Positions 52,606 through 64,000 of a stretch of 64,000 nucleotides of DNA are shown piece by piece (position 1 is the first letter of the stretch; each line of letters opens with the position of its first letter). The stretch is from Octopus sinensis (taxonomy: Eukaryota): positions 13,268,001 through 13,332,000 of the forward strand of contig NC_043008.1 in NCBI RefSeq assembly GCF_006345805.1. Direction: 5' to 3'. The translations under genes were made by a program, and so were the position numbers. The notes under the pieces were generated by a model. It was not told where the DNA came from, made no database searches, and saw nothing but the letters and a program-made list of their open reading frames with translations.

Positions 52606-53664
52606 ATGCTTTGAAAGTAAAATTATTTAACACGAAAAGTAAAATAAGGATACAATGATTAACACAACATAATTAAAATCTGCAAAATATGAACAATTTA
52701 TTGTTCAAAGTTTTAGAGCATTCACCTTTTTTGCCTTTTTTCTAATGCTTATATTGTGGTTTCAGCGAATCGAAATTAACTGTCAAATTATTCTGAGTGG
52801 TTTGGCGTTAAGAAACGCTCTTATTTTCCGCAGAGCAATGTTCCAATGTCATATAATGGATTTGTGGTTATTTTTTTTCTAACAACCTATCTGTTACATG
52901 TTTCCAATATTACAAATCTAACTTCTCCGAAGAGACGTGGATTACCTAATTATTTCGATTTGATTTTCAAAGAACATCGAACTTCATTTCTTATTTTTTT
53001 CGCAATGTTCATTGATTTTCCTATGTAAGGACACCTTAATTCCTTTTCTAAATTTGTTACTTTTCACCTGTGTTAATTGTTTTGTGTTGCTTTTCATTTG
53101 GGGATTTCTTTCTTTTGTTTCTTTCCAAATTTTGGACACTTTTCTCTGCAGCCATCATCTCTTAATCCCGAATCAATAAATGACTTTTAAACTATTCTGC
53201 CGAAGGAAATCGAATATCCGAAAAGAAAAGTAACAAAGCTAGCCATAGAAAGTACAGGTCTCAGAAGCATCCAACTTTACCAGCATCACTATTTTACAAG
53301 CTGCAGCTCAAGTTGCAATGTTGAATGAAATATTTGCGTTGTAACAGAACTAGAAGGCAACGACCAAAGTCCCAAAACTCGATCAAATACAGAAATCGCC
53401 GATCAGGTTCCCGGCTTCAGATCATACGTCATACAAGGCGAACAAGTTAAACTATGACTTGTCAACTGTTAAGGAAGGGTTGACTTCGCGTCTATTTCTA
53501 ACACTTTGTGCAACACCATAACTTCATAATCTGCAGAGCTTTGACTGATTGTGTTCTACAAACTAGAGCTTATCTATCCTACTGCTTTCTTAGTTTTTCG
53601 CTGCAATCTTTTCCCATGTTCTTTCCCATTAATTTTAGTTCCCTGTGGCAAAACTGCAATGAGA

Positions 53665-53902
53665 TACAGTATTTCCGCACCATATCGCGCTTCACCTATC
53701 GCGGTTTATTTATCGCGGTTTATTATTTAAGCTTACGTCGATACATCAGTGGTGTTGTTTTGCATTTATAATAAAAGAAGTATATACAAATTATCAAAGT
53801 AAGTAAGAAATATAAAGTGCAGTACCGTTTCTTCTTCGCGGATTTTCCCCTATCGTTGGGGTTTTGGAACTTAAAACACGCGATAATTGAGGAATTACTA
53901 TA
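53665..53902. mobile_element. pogo/Tigger-type MITE, degenerate
   Basis: Termini TACAGTATTTCC...ATATCGCG / CGCGATAATTGAGGAATTACTATA. Internal TATCGCGG and TTCGCGGATTTT motifs as recalled for pogo-type MITEs. Confidence 0.65.
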
Positions 53903-56433
53903 GATCTTACTTTGACATACGTAGCTGTTATATGTCTAGCAGTGTACCACCAATTTTCATGCCCTTTGGGTGCACATAAATTGGTAGATTTATATATTTT
54001 TGTGTCGCTTAGTGAATGGGTCCCCCCTCCTGCAAATCGCTTCTCATGCCCTGATTACATGTCATGTCTCGCCAGATTTGCTTTAACGATCTGCTCATAT
54101 TGAAATACAAAATGACACCCAGTCACGGATGCACCTTGTCTCTAATCTTTGTGTGTCAGAGAAAAGTCTTGTTCTAAACATTACTTTAAACTTTTTTCCG
54201 GAATTTCATATTTATTATAATGTTTAGTACGAGTCTCTCTACTAGAGAAGCAGTACCATTAGCAAAAAGAAGAAAAGATGTGTACAGACTATTCTCATTG
54301 AAAGAAATCAATAATTTAATCTTCGGATACAAGAAAGAATTTCAAACAAAGAAAATGAACGTAAGATGAACAAAATATAAAGAGATAAAGATAACAAGAA
54401 GCATGGCAACGCAAGTAACAGATACCATCTCGACTAAAGACAATCAATTCAAAATAAGAAAACGCATATTTGACGACATAAAAAGTATTAACAAGAAAGC
54501 AGACACGCAAATAAACTTGCTGTCAAATTAAGAACATCATGAACAAAGGACAACAGTCAATTTCACTGACAAGTATTTTTTTAAAACTTCAACCACACAC
54601 AGCCGGGAAGGAAATACATTTGGAATATCTACATAGATAAGATGGCTGTCACCTCGCCTGATCAAATCTTTCAAGGGAGAAAGAAAGTTATTTATATCTC
54701 CAGTGACTGCAGCATAAAATGCTTCCTCTTCCCCCCACCAAATGAACCGTTTGATATATTTTTAACTGCTGTATGATGAGATATCTTCTATTATTTGATT
54801 TATCTGGTGCTGGAATTTCTTTCTAGACTTTAAGCGTGAGAGCGGAATGAAAAAAGAAATCTTTGTATGTGGTGCTTCTTCTATACGAGTATTACTGTCA
54901 AAATACGACGGACCACCGTAAAAAGTAATGGAAACGATGTCGATAATGTCTTCGTTATGAGTTTTGTGTCACACTACTGGCAAGAAACCAGCGCCCAAGT
55001 GAAAAGGAATGGTTAGTGACCTTATGTAATTTTAATGATGCCGAAGATAAGCATTTATACAAGCAAGTCTGTTGCAGATGACACAGAAGAATAGACAACG
55101 AGAAAGATGCTATAAGACGAAATGCAATGACTACTACATCAATAAGTATATTTTAAAATATTTCTACCCAAATAACTCGAAAAATCTCAAAAGAAAAGGC
55201 GGAAAAGCTACGAGTAACAAGTGAAGGTCTCAGAAATATCCATATTTACCAGTATTGGAGGAGGTTCACCAGCTGAAGTTCCAGTTACATCTACGAGATG
55301 TAAGAAGTTATTCTCATCGTCCTACAGTTCTAGTCGAACACCAGACTCCCCTAATAACGATCGAATCAATAGCCAGACTATAGAGCCGCCATCCCGATTA
55401 TACACACACGTCAACCTCATCGGTTTGCATCTATGTGGAAGAAAGAGTAAGTGAACATGAGACTAGAAAAGCGAAAGATTTACTTCTTCCCCAGCATGAC
55501 CATCTGACATCTGTGTAGCACCTGAAGTTGTTCTGGTTGGCGAATTTAATATTTCAGCTTTTATACAATTCCGCAAATTTCTCAAAACTTTTTGTCGTAC
55601 AATTTGGTGGGATAATTCATAAAACATACTTTCAAGTGTATCACAATTTGATTATACTCCAGCGAGCTAGAGTTGTCGAACTAAAAGAAGAAGAGGAAAA
55701 GGAAGGAGCAGTGGATAGAAAGAGAGCAAGGGTAGAATCGCCATCGAAAAACCGAAAAAAGAAGAAAGGAAAAAAGAAAATAATTGATGAGAAAGAAACA
55801 GAGAATCGAAATCTGGAAGTGGAGCAAACAACAAGTAGATTAAGGGAAGCAGGAAAAGAGGAGAAAATTAACAAGTGGAAGAACGCATGAAAGTTCTTGC
55901 AAAAGAAGGAAGACCTAAGGGACGGAACTTGAGAATGATGATATTTTACGAAAAAGGTACGGAAATCGAAAAGAGATTATCGATAATGAAAGACTAGTAA
56001 GAGTGAAATTGAATCATGAAATGTTTGATACAGACCGGAAAGCAGTGTTGCTGGAGAAAGAAAGAATAGGTAAATTAGTAGAGTTGTTCCCCGACATTGT
56101 TATAGGGACCAGATTCTGTTTGCGTTACGACAGTTTGCCCAGCCTGGTAGAGCTGGAGGAACTGACGAAGCACATAACTGATGGAGAATTCGGATAATCA
56201 TGAACTGTATACATGAATAGTAAAATGGTACTGCGAGCTTTGGTGGGGGGGGGGGGCTCGTAAGCCATTGCATTTCTTTTCATTCGATTTTATGGTCACA
56301 TATATTTTCATTATACAATTTATGTACCCCACGTTTTGTGTTGTCTGTCTTCGTATTGACCCCTCTTTTTTACAGGTTATATGCCGATAATAAAGAAAGA
56401 CTTGTCGAACTATGTTCTAGTAGGCGTTAAGCG

Positions 56434-56810
56434 TGGAGGCGCAATGGCCCAGTGGTTAGGACAGCGGACTCGCGGTCATAGGATCGCGGTTTCGATTCCC
56501 AGACCGGGCGTTGTGAGTGCTTATTGAGCGAAAACACCTAAAAAGCTCCACGAGGCTCCGGCAGGGATGGTGGTGATCCCTGCTGTACTCTTTCACCACA
56601 ACTTTCTCTCACTTCCTGTTTCTGTTGTACCTGTATTTCAAAGGGCCGGCCTTGTCACTTTCTGTGTCACGCTGAATATCCCCGAGAACTACGTTAAGGG
56701 TACACGTGTCTGTGGAGTGCTCAGCCACTTACACGTTAATTTCACGAGCAGGCTGTTCCGTTGATCGGATCAACCGGAACCCTCGTCGTCGTAACCGACG
56801 GAGTGCTTCC
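56434..56810 (+). mobile_element. SINE group B, full length with TSD
   Basis: tRNA-like head GGCGCAATGGCCCAGTGG...GGTTTCGATTCCC. 12-bp TSD AGTAGGCGTTAA at 56419-56430 and 56814-56825. Confidence 0.93.
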
Positions 56811-58700
56811 TAAAGTAGGCGTTAATGATTTTTTTATGTCAAAAGAGTTAATTTCTCGTCGATATCTCTTACCTTCTTTGTCAATATTAGGGCCGTGGTC
56901 TTAAACTGGAGATCTTTGTGAGATGGTTGGAAACTCAGCAACAACCTCCTTACATGATTATTGGCCAAGTCGATCGTGAAAATCTGCTCATTGGCCTATT
57001 TATTATTCCTTTTTTTATTCTGGTCGTCTGTAAATTCTTGTTTCTAAACGTTTTGTTCCCGTTCCCGTCAATGAAGTTGATTTCCTATTAGTATTTGTGC
57101 GACCTCGTTTTATAATTTTTTTTTCTCATATCCCTGTTAAATGTAAAGAAAAACAATAATTGCTTTTCCCAAAACGTCTTATGCATGCATTTCCTCAAAA
57201 CGAATTAAGTCTTTCTTTCAGTATTCGGAAACTTTTTTCTTTTCTCTCGATAAAGTTTTCTTGTACAATTTTCTTTCTGGTGTCGGTTCTTTATTTTCCA
57301 TTTGCCAAAGAATTCTCAATTTAATTTTATATGATTTCTTTAGATTTTTCTTGGAGTATGTGTAAAGTGTGTCTGTCTCTAATTGAATGAAACCCGTTTA
57401 CCCTCATGCTTCCACAACTTTCGAATAGATTAAACTAGTAATTCTATTTCAATTAGGGTAGTTTTTTCTGGTACAGAGAATTACTGACGCGGTCCTGCTT
57501 CATTCACTTATTCTTTTATAGAGTTGTTATTCGCAGGTAGCTTTCTCATTTATTAACAATGACACACGTTTGCTGGTTCTGCTTAGTTTTGTTTCTTTTC
57601 TTTGATAAATTTACTGCGGTCCTCCTCGCTTAATACTCAGATCTGTTATGGATATATATCTATGTATTTTGTTAAGTGTAATGGTGGTCACATTGTTTGT
57701 TATTCACTATATTTATTTGAATGTTTCCACGAAGATTACTATGGAACTTACCATTGTATTGGATTTTACTTTGGTTTCTTTGCCTACTTTCGATTTTCAA
57801 TAATGTACTGTTTTTATTATTTTTTTTTTGGTTTTCTTCTCTCGTGTCTTCTATAGCATTTTCACTGTGTTTTGATGGTTCTCGTTTGTAATTGGTATAC
57901 TTGTTTCTGCTTTATGTTTTTCATCTTTTATTCAGTATGAGGTTACTTGCACGCTGTTGAGTCTCCGGTTTAATGCTTTTATTCTTTTCTTGTAGGTCAT
58001 AGGTTTATGTGTGGTCATCATTTTATATCGTTATATTTTCAATAAACACACTTCACGAGTTGATCTATTACCCTTTGGCAGGTACTTTGACAGTGCTAAT
58101 CATAAATATTCTTACATATGAAAGCACGATCATATTCTTTTATCACCGTTGATCATAGCCTGTGTTATCATCGTGGCAGTCGTTTTGAGGTATAGTAAGA
58201 ATGTGACAGTCTATTGTAGTGTTCACGGGTATGTTTTATATTTTTCTTCTAATTTTCTTTTAAATATAGACACTAGCAATAAGTGACACCTGTTTCTTAT
58301 TGGCATTAACATTTTAAGAAACACATATGACATATATGCTTGTCTGTTAAATATACTTTCTTTCCGATCTGTGTTTGTCTTCGAAAGAGATATGTTAAAC
58401 TTGACAATCATTTTATGGTCTATAAATATGAAATATGTCCACTATCCTGACTGTTTCTCTTAATATGATATTCGGAAATATTTACACACTTCAAGCGACA
58501 CACGACACTGATAACCGCTAGACTGGCTGGTTGCCTAATTATGACTCTGTAAGTGTACTTTAAGTGCATTTTAAAATTATTTAGGTGAGGTGCTCGTAGT
58601 TCATCGTTATCAGGTATTTATTTAAAGCTGACAGCTGGCTAAAGTTCTATAATGGTTATTACTTTTGTAACAATGATTCACATTCTAGTTCGGAATCTTT

Positions 58701-59124
58701 GGATCTTTTCGGTTTGAACGACAGTTTTTTTTTTCTAGCGGTGTCATATGAAATTGTCACCCATACTTATGACCCTAGTATCGATCTATTGCATTTCAAT
58801 CAGTTTTAGGGTTAAGGTTAAAAGTGGGGGGAAGGGCATCTTTTTTTCTTCACAAATGTAAATAAACCCAATCTGTTTCTTAAACGAGGGACATATTCAT
58901 ACGGCACAGAATGTTTTTTTTTACCTCAATAGAAGTATTTGATTGGTTGAATTTGCAGAAATTTAAGAAAAAAACCCAACAAATATCTTACAAACTATAG
59001 AATTTTTCAATAAAGCCAAGAGAAAAAGATGTTTTATAAACACATTCTACCAGTATACGAAGTTTAACATTTTTTAGTTACCTAGAAATTATGTTAAAAA
59101 CTGCCGTTCAAACCGAAAAGATCT
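58701..59124. mobile_element. Merlin-like MITE (copy 2)
   Basis: Same TIRs and body as 40889. 8-bp TSD GAATCTTT at 58693-58700 and 59125-59132. Confidence 0.8.
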
Positions 59125-59269
59125 GAATCTTTTTCTGCTCATCAGAAACTCTCTTATTTATGTTCTATCTAATATCCTATTGATTTGCCAATATTCCTTG
59201 ATATTTCCTGTCTAATATTCAGGTTTTCGTTACATTTAATCCTTCCTTCCTTCCTTCTCGAGACATGCC

Positions 59270-59465
59270 ATGCTCATAAGGACTGGTGTCCCGGTTTCAG
59301 CGCCGTAGAAATTCCCCAGCTGGACGGCACACCGGTTGGTCGCAGCATTACTCATTTTTGCCAGCTGAGTGGACTGGAGCAACATGAAGATGAAGTCCAG
59401 GAATCGAAATCACAACCTTACGATCATGTTTTCAACACCCTAACCACTAAGCCACGCGCCTCCAC
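59270..59465 (-). mobile_element. Old SINE with a B-related head and alternative tail 1
   Basis: The minus strand reads TGGAGGCGCGTGGCTTAGTGGTTAGGG...CAGTCCACTCAGCTGGCAAAAATGAG...CCGTCCAGCTGGGG...GAAACCGGGA. Confidence 0.65.
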
Positions 59466-59871
59466 AATATTTCAAAATAAACTGACTGATTTGTAAGCTC
59501 GATTTTGCAATTTCTAACATTTTCTCTAGAAGAAAATACTAGAGCCCAAGGAACTTCATAGTTCACGTTGCATAATACGGGGATTAACTTTTTTCTATAT
59601 ATATAATACTTGTGTGACACCTTTTTTTCAAAAACGTATTTAGAATGTAAGTTTCTTTAAATATTTTTTCTTTAGTCTTTTAAAATATTCCGATATACTA
59701 TAAACTATATGTATTATTCAAGTTGCTTTTCATTAATATATTTCTCCATGAACTTTAATTCTACGCCCTTGAATAATTTAGTTGATATCTAACTGAAGAC
59801 AATAACTCAAATGAAAATATTACGATCAACGGTTTAAATTCATGGACAAACAAATCTATGATTAACAAATA

Positions 59872-60253
59872 GTGAAAGCGCAATGGCCCAGTGGTTAGGG
59901 CAGCGGACTCGCGGTCATAGGATCGCGGTTTCAATTCCCAGACCGGGCGTTGTGAGTGTTTATTGAGCGAAAACACCTAAGAGCTCCACGAGGCTCCGGC
60001 AGGAGATGGTGGTGATCCCTGCTGTACTCTTTCACCACAACTTTCTCACTCTTACTTTCTGTTTCTGTTGTACCTGTATTTCAAATGGCCGGCCTTGTCA
60101 CTCTCTGTCACGCTGAATATCCCCGAGAACTACGTTAAGGGTACACGTGTCTGTGGAGTGCTCAGCCACTTACACGTTAATTTCACGTGCAGGCTGTTCC
60201 GTTGATTCGGATCAACCGGAACCCTCGTCGTCGTAACCGACGGAGTGCTTCCA
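59872..60253 (+). mobile_element. SINE group B, full length with TSD
   Basis: Near-identical to 56434. 13-bp TSD TGATTAACAAATA at 59859-59871 and 60264-60276. Confidence 0.93.
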
Positions 60254-60706
60254 CGACATCCATTGATTAACAAATAAAATATGCAATTTCCATTATCGAA
60301 TGTACACTTCTAAATATATTCGAACGCTTTCACTTGCTATTTCGTTCGAATTACTGATCATTCTTATATACAATTTTGGGCCCGATGTGTAATTTGTAGC
60401 ATTATCTTATTACATTTGCGATCATTAAGGTAGCAAACAGACAGAAAAGTTAGTGTGCCGGATAAAACGCTTAGCGGAATTTTACCTTTACGTTCTGAGT
60501 TAAAGCACCACCGTGGTCGAATTTCGGGGTCGGTAAACTAGGAACTAGTTGATCCCTTGAGTCCATGTAATCGGCTTACCCACTGCACCGAAATTACCGG
60601 CCTTGTGTCAAGATTTGAAACCAATATGTATATACCGACTTATATAAAATCATTTTTGATTGTTGTAGTATTCGTGTTTTTCATATTACATATAGACTAC
60701 CTTTGG

Positions 60707-60990
60707 GGAAGGCAAGTGGCTTAGTAGTTAGGGGTATTCTACTCTCTATTGTAAGGTTGCGAGTTCAATTGCTGGCAGTATGTTGTGCCCTTGAGTTAGA
60801 CACTTGACTTCTCGTCCACTCAGCTGGCAAAACTGAGTTGTACCTGTATTTCAAAGGGCCAGCCTTGTCACATTCTGTGTCAGGCTGAATCTCCCTGAGT
60901 ACTACGTTATGGGTACGCGTGTCTGTGGAGTGCTCAACCACTCGCACGTTAACTTCACGAGTAGGCGGAACCGACGGTGTGCCCGTTCGT
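60707..60990 (+). mobile_element. Old SINE with a different head and central block but the group B main tail
   Basis: GTCCACTCAGCTGGCAAAACTGAG|TTGTACCTGTATTTCAAAGGGCC...GTCTGTGGAGTGCTC. Confidence 0.7.
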
Positions 60991-63121
60991 ATCACCTTCG
61001 TTCGGTTACAACTCTTCGCTATAGAATGCCTGTGCTTTGAGTATATTTCTCCTTTTGTCTATGAATGTTTATTCCTTGTCTGATAACATAAGTTCGAATA
61101 CTAGTTTTCTGCTTAAAAGTGATACTTTACGCTGCATATCGTTTCGCTCTCAATTGGCAACCCGGTGGTAAAGGAGTTTTTATCTATGATATTTTAATTT
61201 TTATGATTGTTTCCAAGTTTGAAGATGAGGATAGGCTGATTTTCAGTGGTGTCTGATATTACTGGAATCCAAAGTGCATTTTATGTCGCAAGCGATGAAA
61301 AGCACCGTCATAATTTGAAGGACTCAACAAAAACATTTCTCGGTGAACGGGCTCATGATAGTAAAACCGACAAAAGGGTTTCTCAAGAGAGAAGTAACAA
61401 TATTTTGGAGGGAATAGGACCAATATTTACACCATCGTTTCTACCCTTCATTAGTATACATTGATGAAATTAGTAAACATTCACACACATGTGTGTGTAT
61501 GTTTGTGTGCGTTTGTGTATCTTTGTGTATTTGTCCATGTACGTGCCACAATAAGTGCACCCGTGGCCATTTATGATGAATTCTATTTCAAAGCGAAATT
61601 TTATATACTTTTATTCAAATAAAACTAATGCATTTCGTTCTGCAGCTGTTACAATTTATTGTGGATGTTTCATATTTGATAAAAAAAAATTTTGCTATTG
61701 TAATTTTCATTGACAAAGAGACTGTTTCATACAATCCGATGCCTCTCGGATGGTTTTCAAACATTATTCAGTTGTATAAAGCGTTACTTTTTGAAAACGA
61801 TTTGAAACACATCGCGCCTTAAGTGAAAGGAATGTTTCTTAATTTATTTTTTAGTCTGCTGATATTGCAGGTAATATGTATTTTATGCATTGGTTTGCAT
61901 TTTCTTTTCTCTATGGAATATAAAGACTGTTGTTTTGTTTATATTATTGGCAGCATCCTTTTTTTTATTCTTCCGAAATACATGTTTAATTACTTTTCCA
62001 ATCTTTCAAACTTATGTATATCTCTTTTTCTAGATTTTGAATACGTTCTATATTTATCTGAAATTTTCATTTATGTTGCCCACAAAAAAAATGGGTTAAT
62101 GAGAAGAACACCACTTCATAACTCATTTGAAATAGCTTATAACAAAATATATTAATTCTTTTTCATTCTCTGAAAATCTTCATGTTGTTAGTTTACACTA
62201 CATATCTGTTCAAAATCTAAAATATTTAATTTTTTCTCGTGCAATTATCTCCGGCATATATCGCGTCCGTGTAATCATGCTGTTTGAAATATTGTGTATT
62301 TAGTCAGAATAAGTGAACTCTCGTTGTTTTCATGCCTTAGTATTTTTATGTTTGTAATGTCCAACTGGGAAAGCATCACTCATGCAATCTATGTATATAT
62401 ATACATACATGCATGCATACATACATACATACATGCATGCATACATACACATATATAATACAAAAGGGGGACAAGAACGCAAAACATCCAGACAACTAGG
62501 TGATACAAAAAGGGACAACAAAACATCAAGATAGACGACACAAAAAAAAAAAAAACAAGGACGGGTCATTCGAAGATTTTTATCCTTAGTTAAGAATTGG
62601 ATCATCCTCGGAATTTCGGCTGATTAATCTTCAGATTGCTCCAATATAGCCAGCCCCAAGGAAAAACTAAGCTAAGAGCATTAGATTCCTGGAAAAAAGC
62701 ATCGAATGTATACGCAAACAAGGACGGAAAAACAGACGATGTTACACGAATATGAATACAACAATAATAATAATAATAATGATAATAATAATAATAATAA
62801 TAATTATAATAATAATAAAAATAAGACATAACAACAGGTGTCTTTAGACTGGGGACGAATTGAATTCAGCTGGCGTGTGTGGAAATGAAGCCTTATGACA
62901 GAGATACAAAACTTTCACGAACGCATGGAGGAATATCGATACAAAAAGAGGGCTAGCAGTCTAGCCTCTCTGTCACGTGAGAAGAGAAGACAGAGAAAAT
63001 GAGGAACAAAAGAATTAACGAGGCGGAGGAGAGAAGAGAGAGAGACAGACTGACAGACAGAGACAGAGTTGTAGAAGCAGATGGACAGAAGAATTAAGGA
63101 AGAACGAGAAAAAAGAGACAG

Positions 63122-63170
<49 letters not shown>

Positions 63171-63225
63171 TACATACATACGCTATTTTTTGCTGTATGA
63201 TGTTTAGCGCATGCACTTGTACCAC

Positions 63226-63465
63226 TTTTCTTTTTTCTTTACTTGTTTCAGGTATTTTACTGCAGCCATGCTGGAGCACCGCATATAGTCGAGCAAATCG
63301 ACCCTAGAGCTTATTCTTCGTAAGCCTAGTACTTATTCTCTTCTTTTGCCGCACCGCTAAGTTACGGAGACGTAAACACACCAGTATCGGTTGTCAAGCA
63401 ATGTTGGGGGGGGGGGACACAGACACAGAAATATATACACACTTACACACACATATATACATATA
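63226..63465 (-). mobile_element. SINE group A, 3' half
   Basis: Tail through the internal microsatellite. Confidence 0.85.
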
Positions 63466-63474
63466 TATTTTTAT

Positions 63475-63605
63475 TCCTGTTTCTTGAGTAACGCTGCGAT
63501 GGACTCGCGTCCCGTCCAGCTAGGGGGCACACGTATGCCATAGAAACCGGGAAACAGGGCCCATGAGCCTGGCTAGGCTTGAAAAGAGCGCATAAATAAA
63601 TAAAA
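63475..63605 (+). mobile_element. SINE alternative tail 1 fragment
   Basis: Matches the reverse complement of 1281-1410 and ends GCGCATAAATAAATAA. Confidence 0.85.
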
Positions 63606-64000
63606 TTTCTCCATTAATACCACTGTCGGCTATTCTGTGTTTCATCCTTCAGCGATCGATAAAATAAAGTACTAGACAAGGACTGGAATTAGCACTTCAC
63701 AAATTTGTCGTGTTTGTGCCTGAGTAAGAATCCATAATTAGTATCGCCGCTGCTGTTGCTGTTGGATTTGTCAACCAACTCGTATAATCGCGTTTTCATG
63801 TATATCTCAAAGATACCAGATTCACCAAGTGGAACTGCCAGAAAGAGAATCTGTATTTATTGATATCCTTTTACGAGACGAATTTTTGCGCATTCATAAT
63901 TTTGCGCATTTAATGACGAAAATACGAATTTGCGATTTTTATGAAAACATAAGTTTTCATTTAGCCGCTTGCACGCGTGCACAGTTTTGCTACGCAGAAG

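Noticed and set aside
56434-56510. tRNA-like sequences at SINE heads (also 9701, 59872, 37330, 39600)
   Set aside because: They have A/B-box similarity, but I could not fold a complete cloverleaf and they run into SINE bodies. They are not tRNA genes.
61247-61464. 72-aa ORF preceded by TTTTCAG, a possible coding exon
   Set aside because: No recognisable homology, a weak polypyrimidine tract and no clear donor site.
62590-62660. Minus-strand CTGAAGA...CGAAA, a possible hammerhead ribozyme core in a Penelope-like repeat
   Set aside because: Stems I and II cannot be formed canonically. With only one copy in the window, neither the ribozyme nor the repeat class is supportable.

Overview
This is AT-rich, repeat-saturated, non-coding eukaryotic DNA. 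The SINE families, MITEs and dense (TA)n/(TG)n/(ATGT)n microsatellites are most consistent with an octopus (coleoid cephalopod) genome; that assignment comes from recognition, not a search. I found no intact host gene. Almost every ORF in the supplied track is a translation of a microsatellite or a SINE. The window holds about 30 copies or fragments of three tRNA-derived SINE groups, labelled A, B and C here. They probably overlap the described octopus OK/OR1/OR2 families, but I cannot assign names without a library. It also holds decayed non-LTR retrotransposon pieces: a CR1/L2-group 3' end, an L1/Tx1-like 3' end, a CCHC ORF1 piece and an R4/Dong-like RLE domain. There are two decayed Tc1/mariner transposase fragments, several MITE families (including a Merlin-like pair with 8-bp TSDs), a Helentron-like element and a full-length divergent U6 snRNA copy. 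The best leads are: (1) a LINE 3' end sharing a covarying stem-loop tail with SINE-A, a candidate LINE/SINE mobilisation pair; (2) one SINE head joined to four different tails; (3) an 82-nt hairpin with strand-specific G-U pairs; (4) AT-centred palindromes; and (5) a phased A4T4-type array. I did not find a clearly novel protein-coding system.
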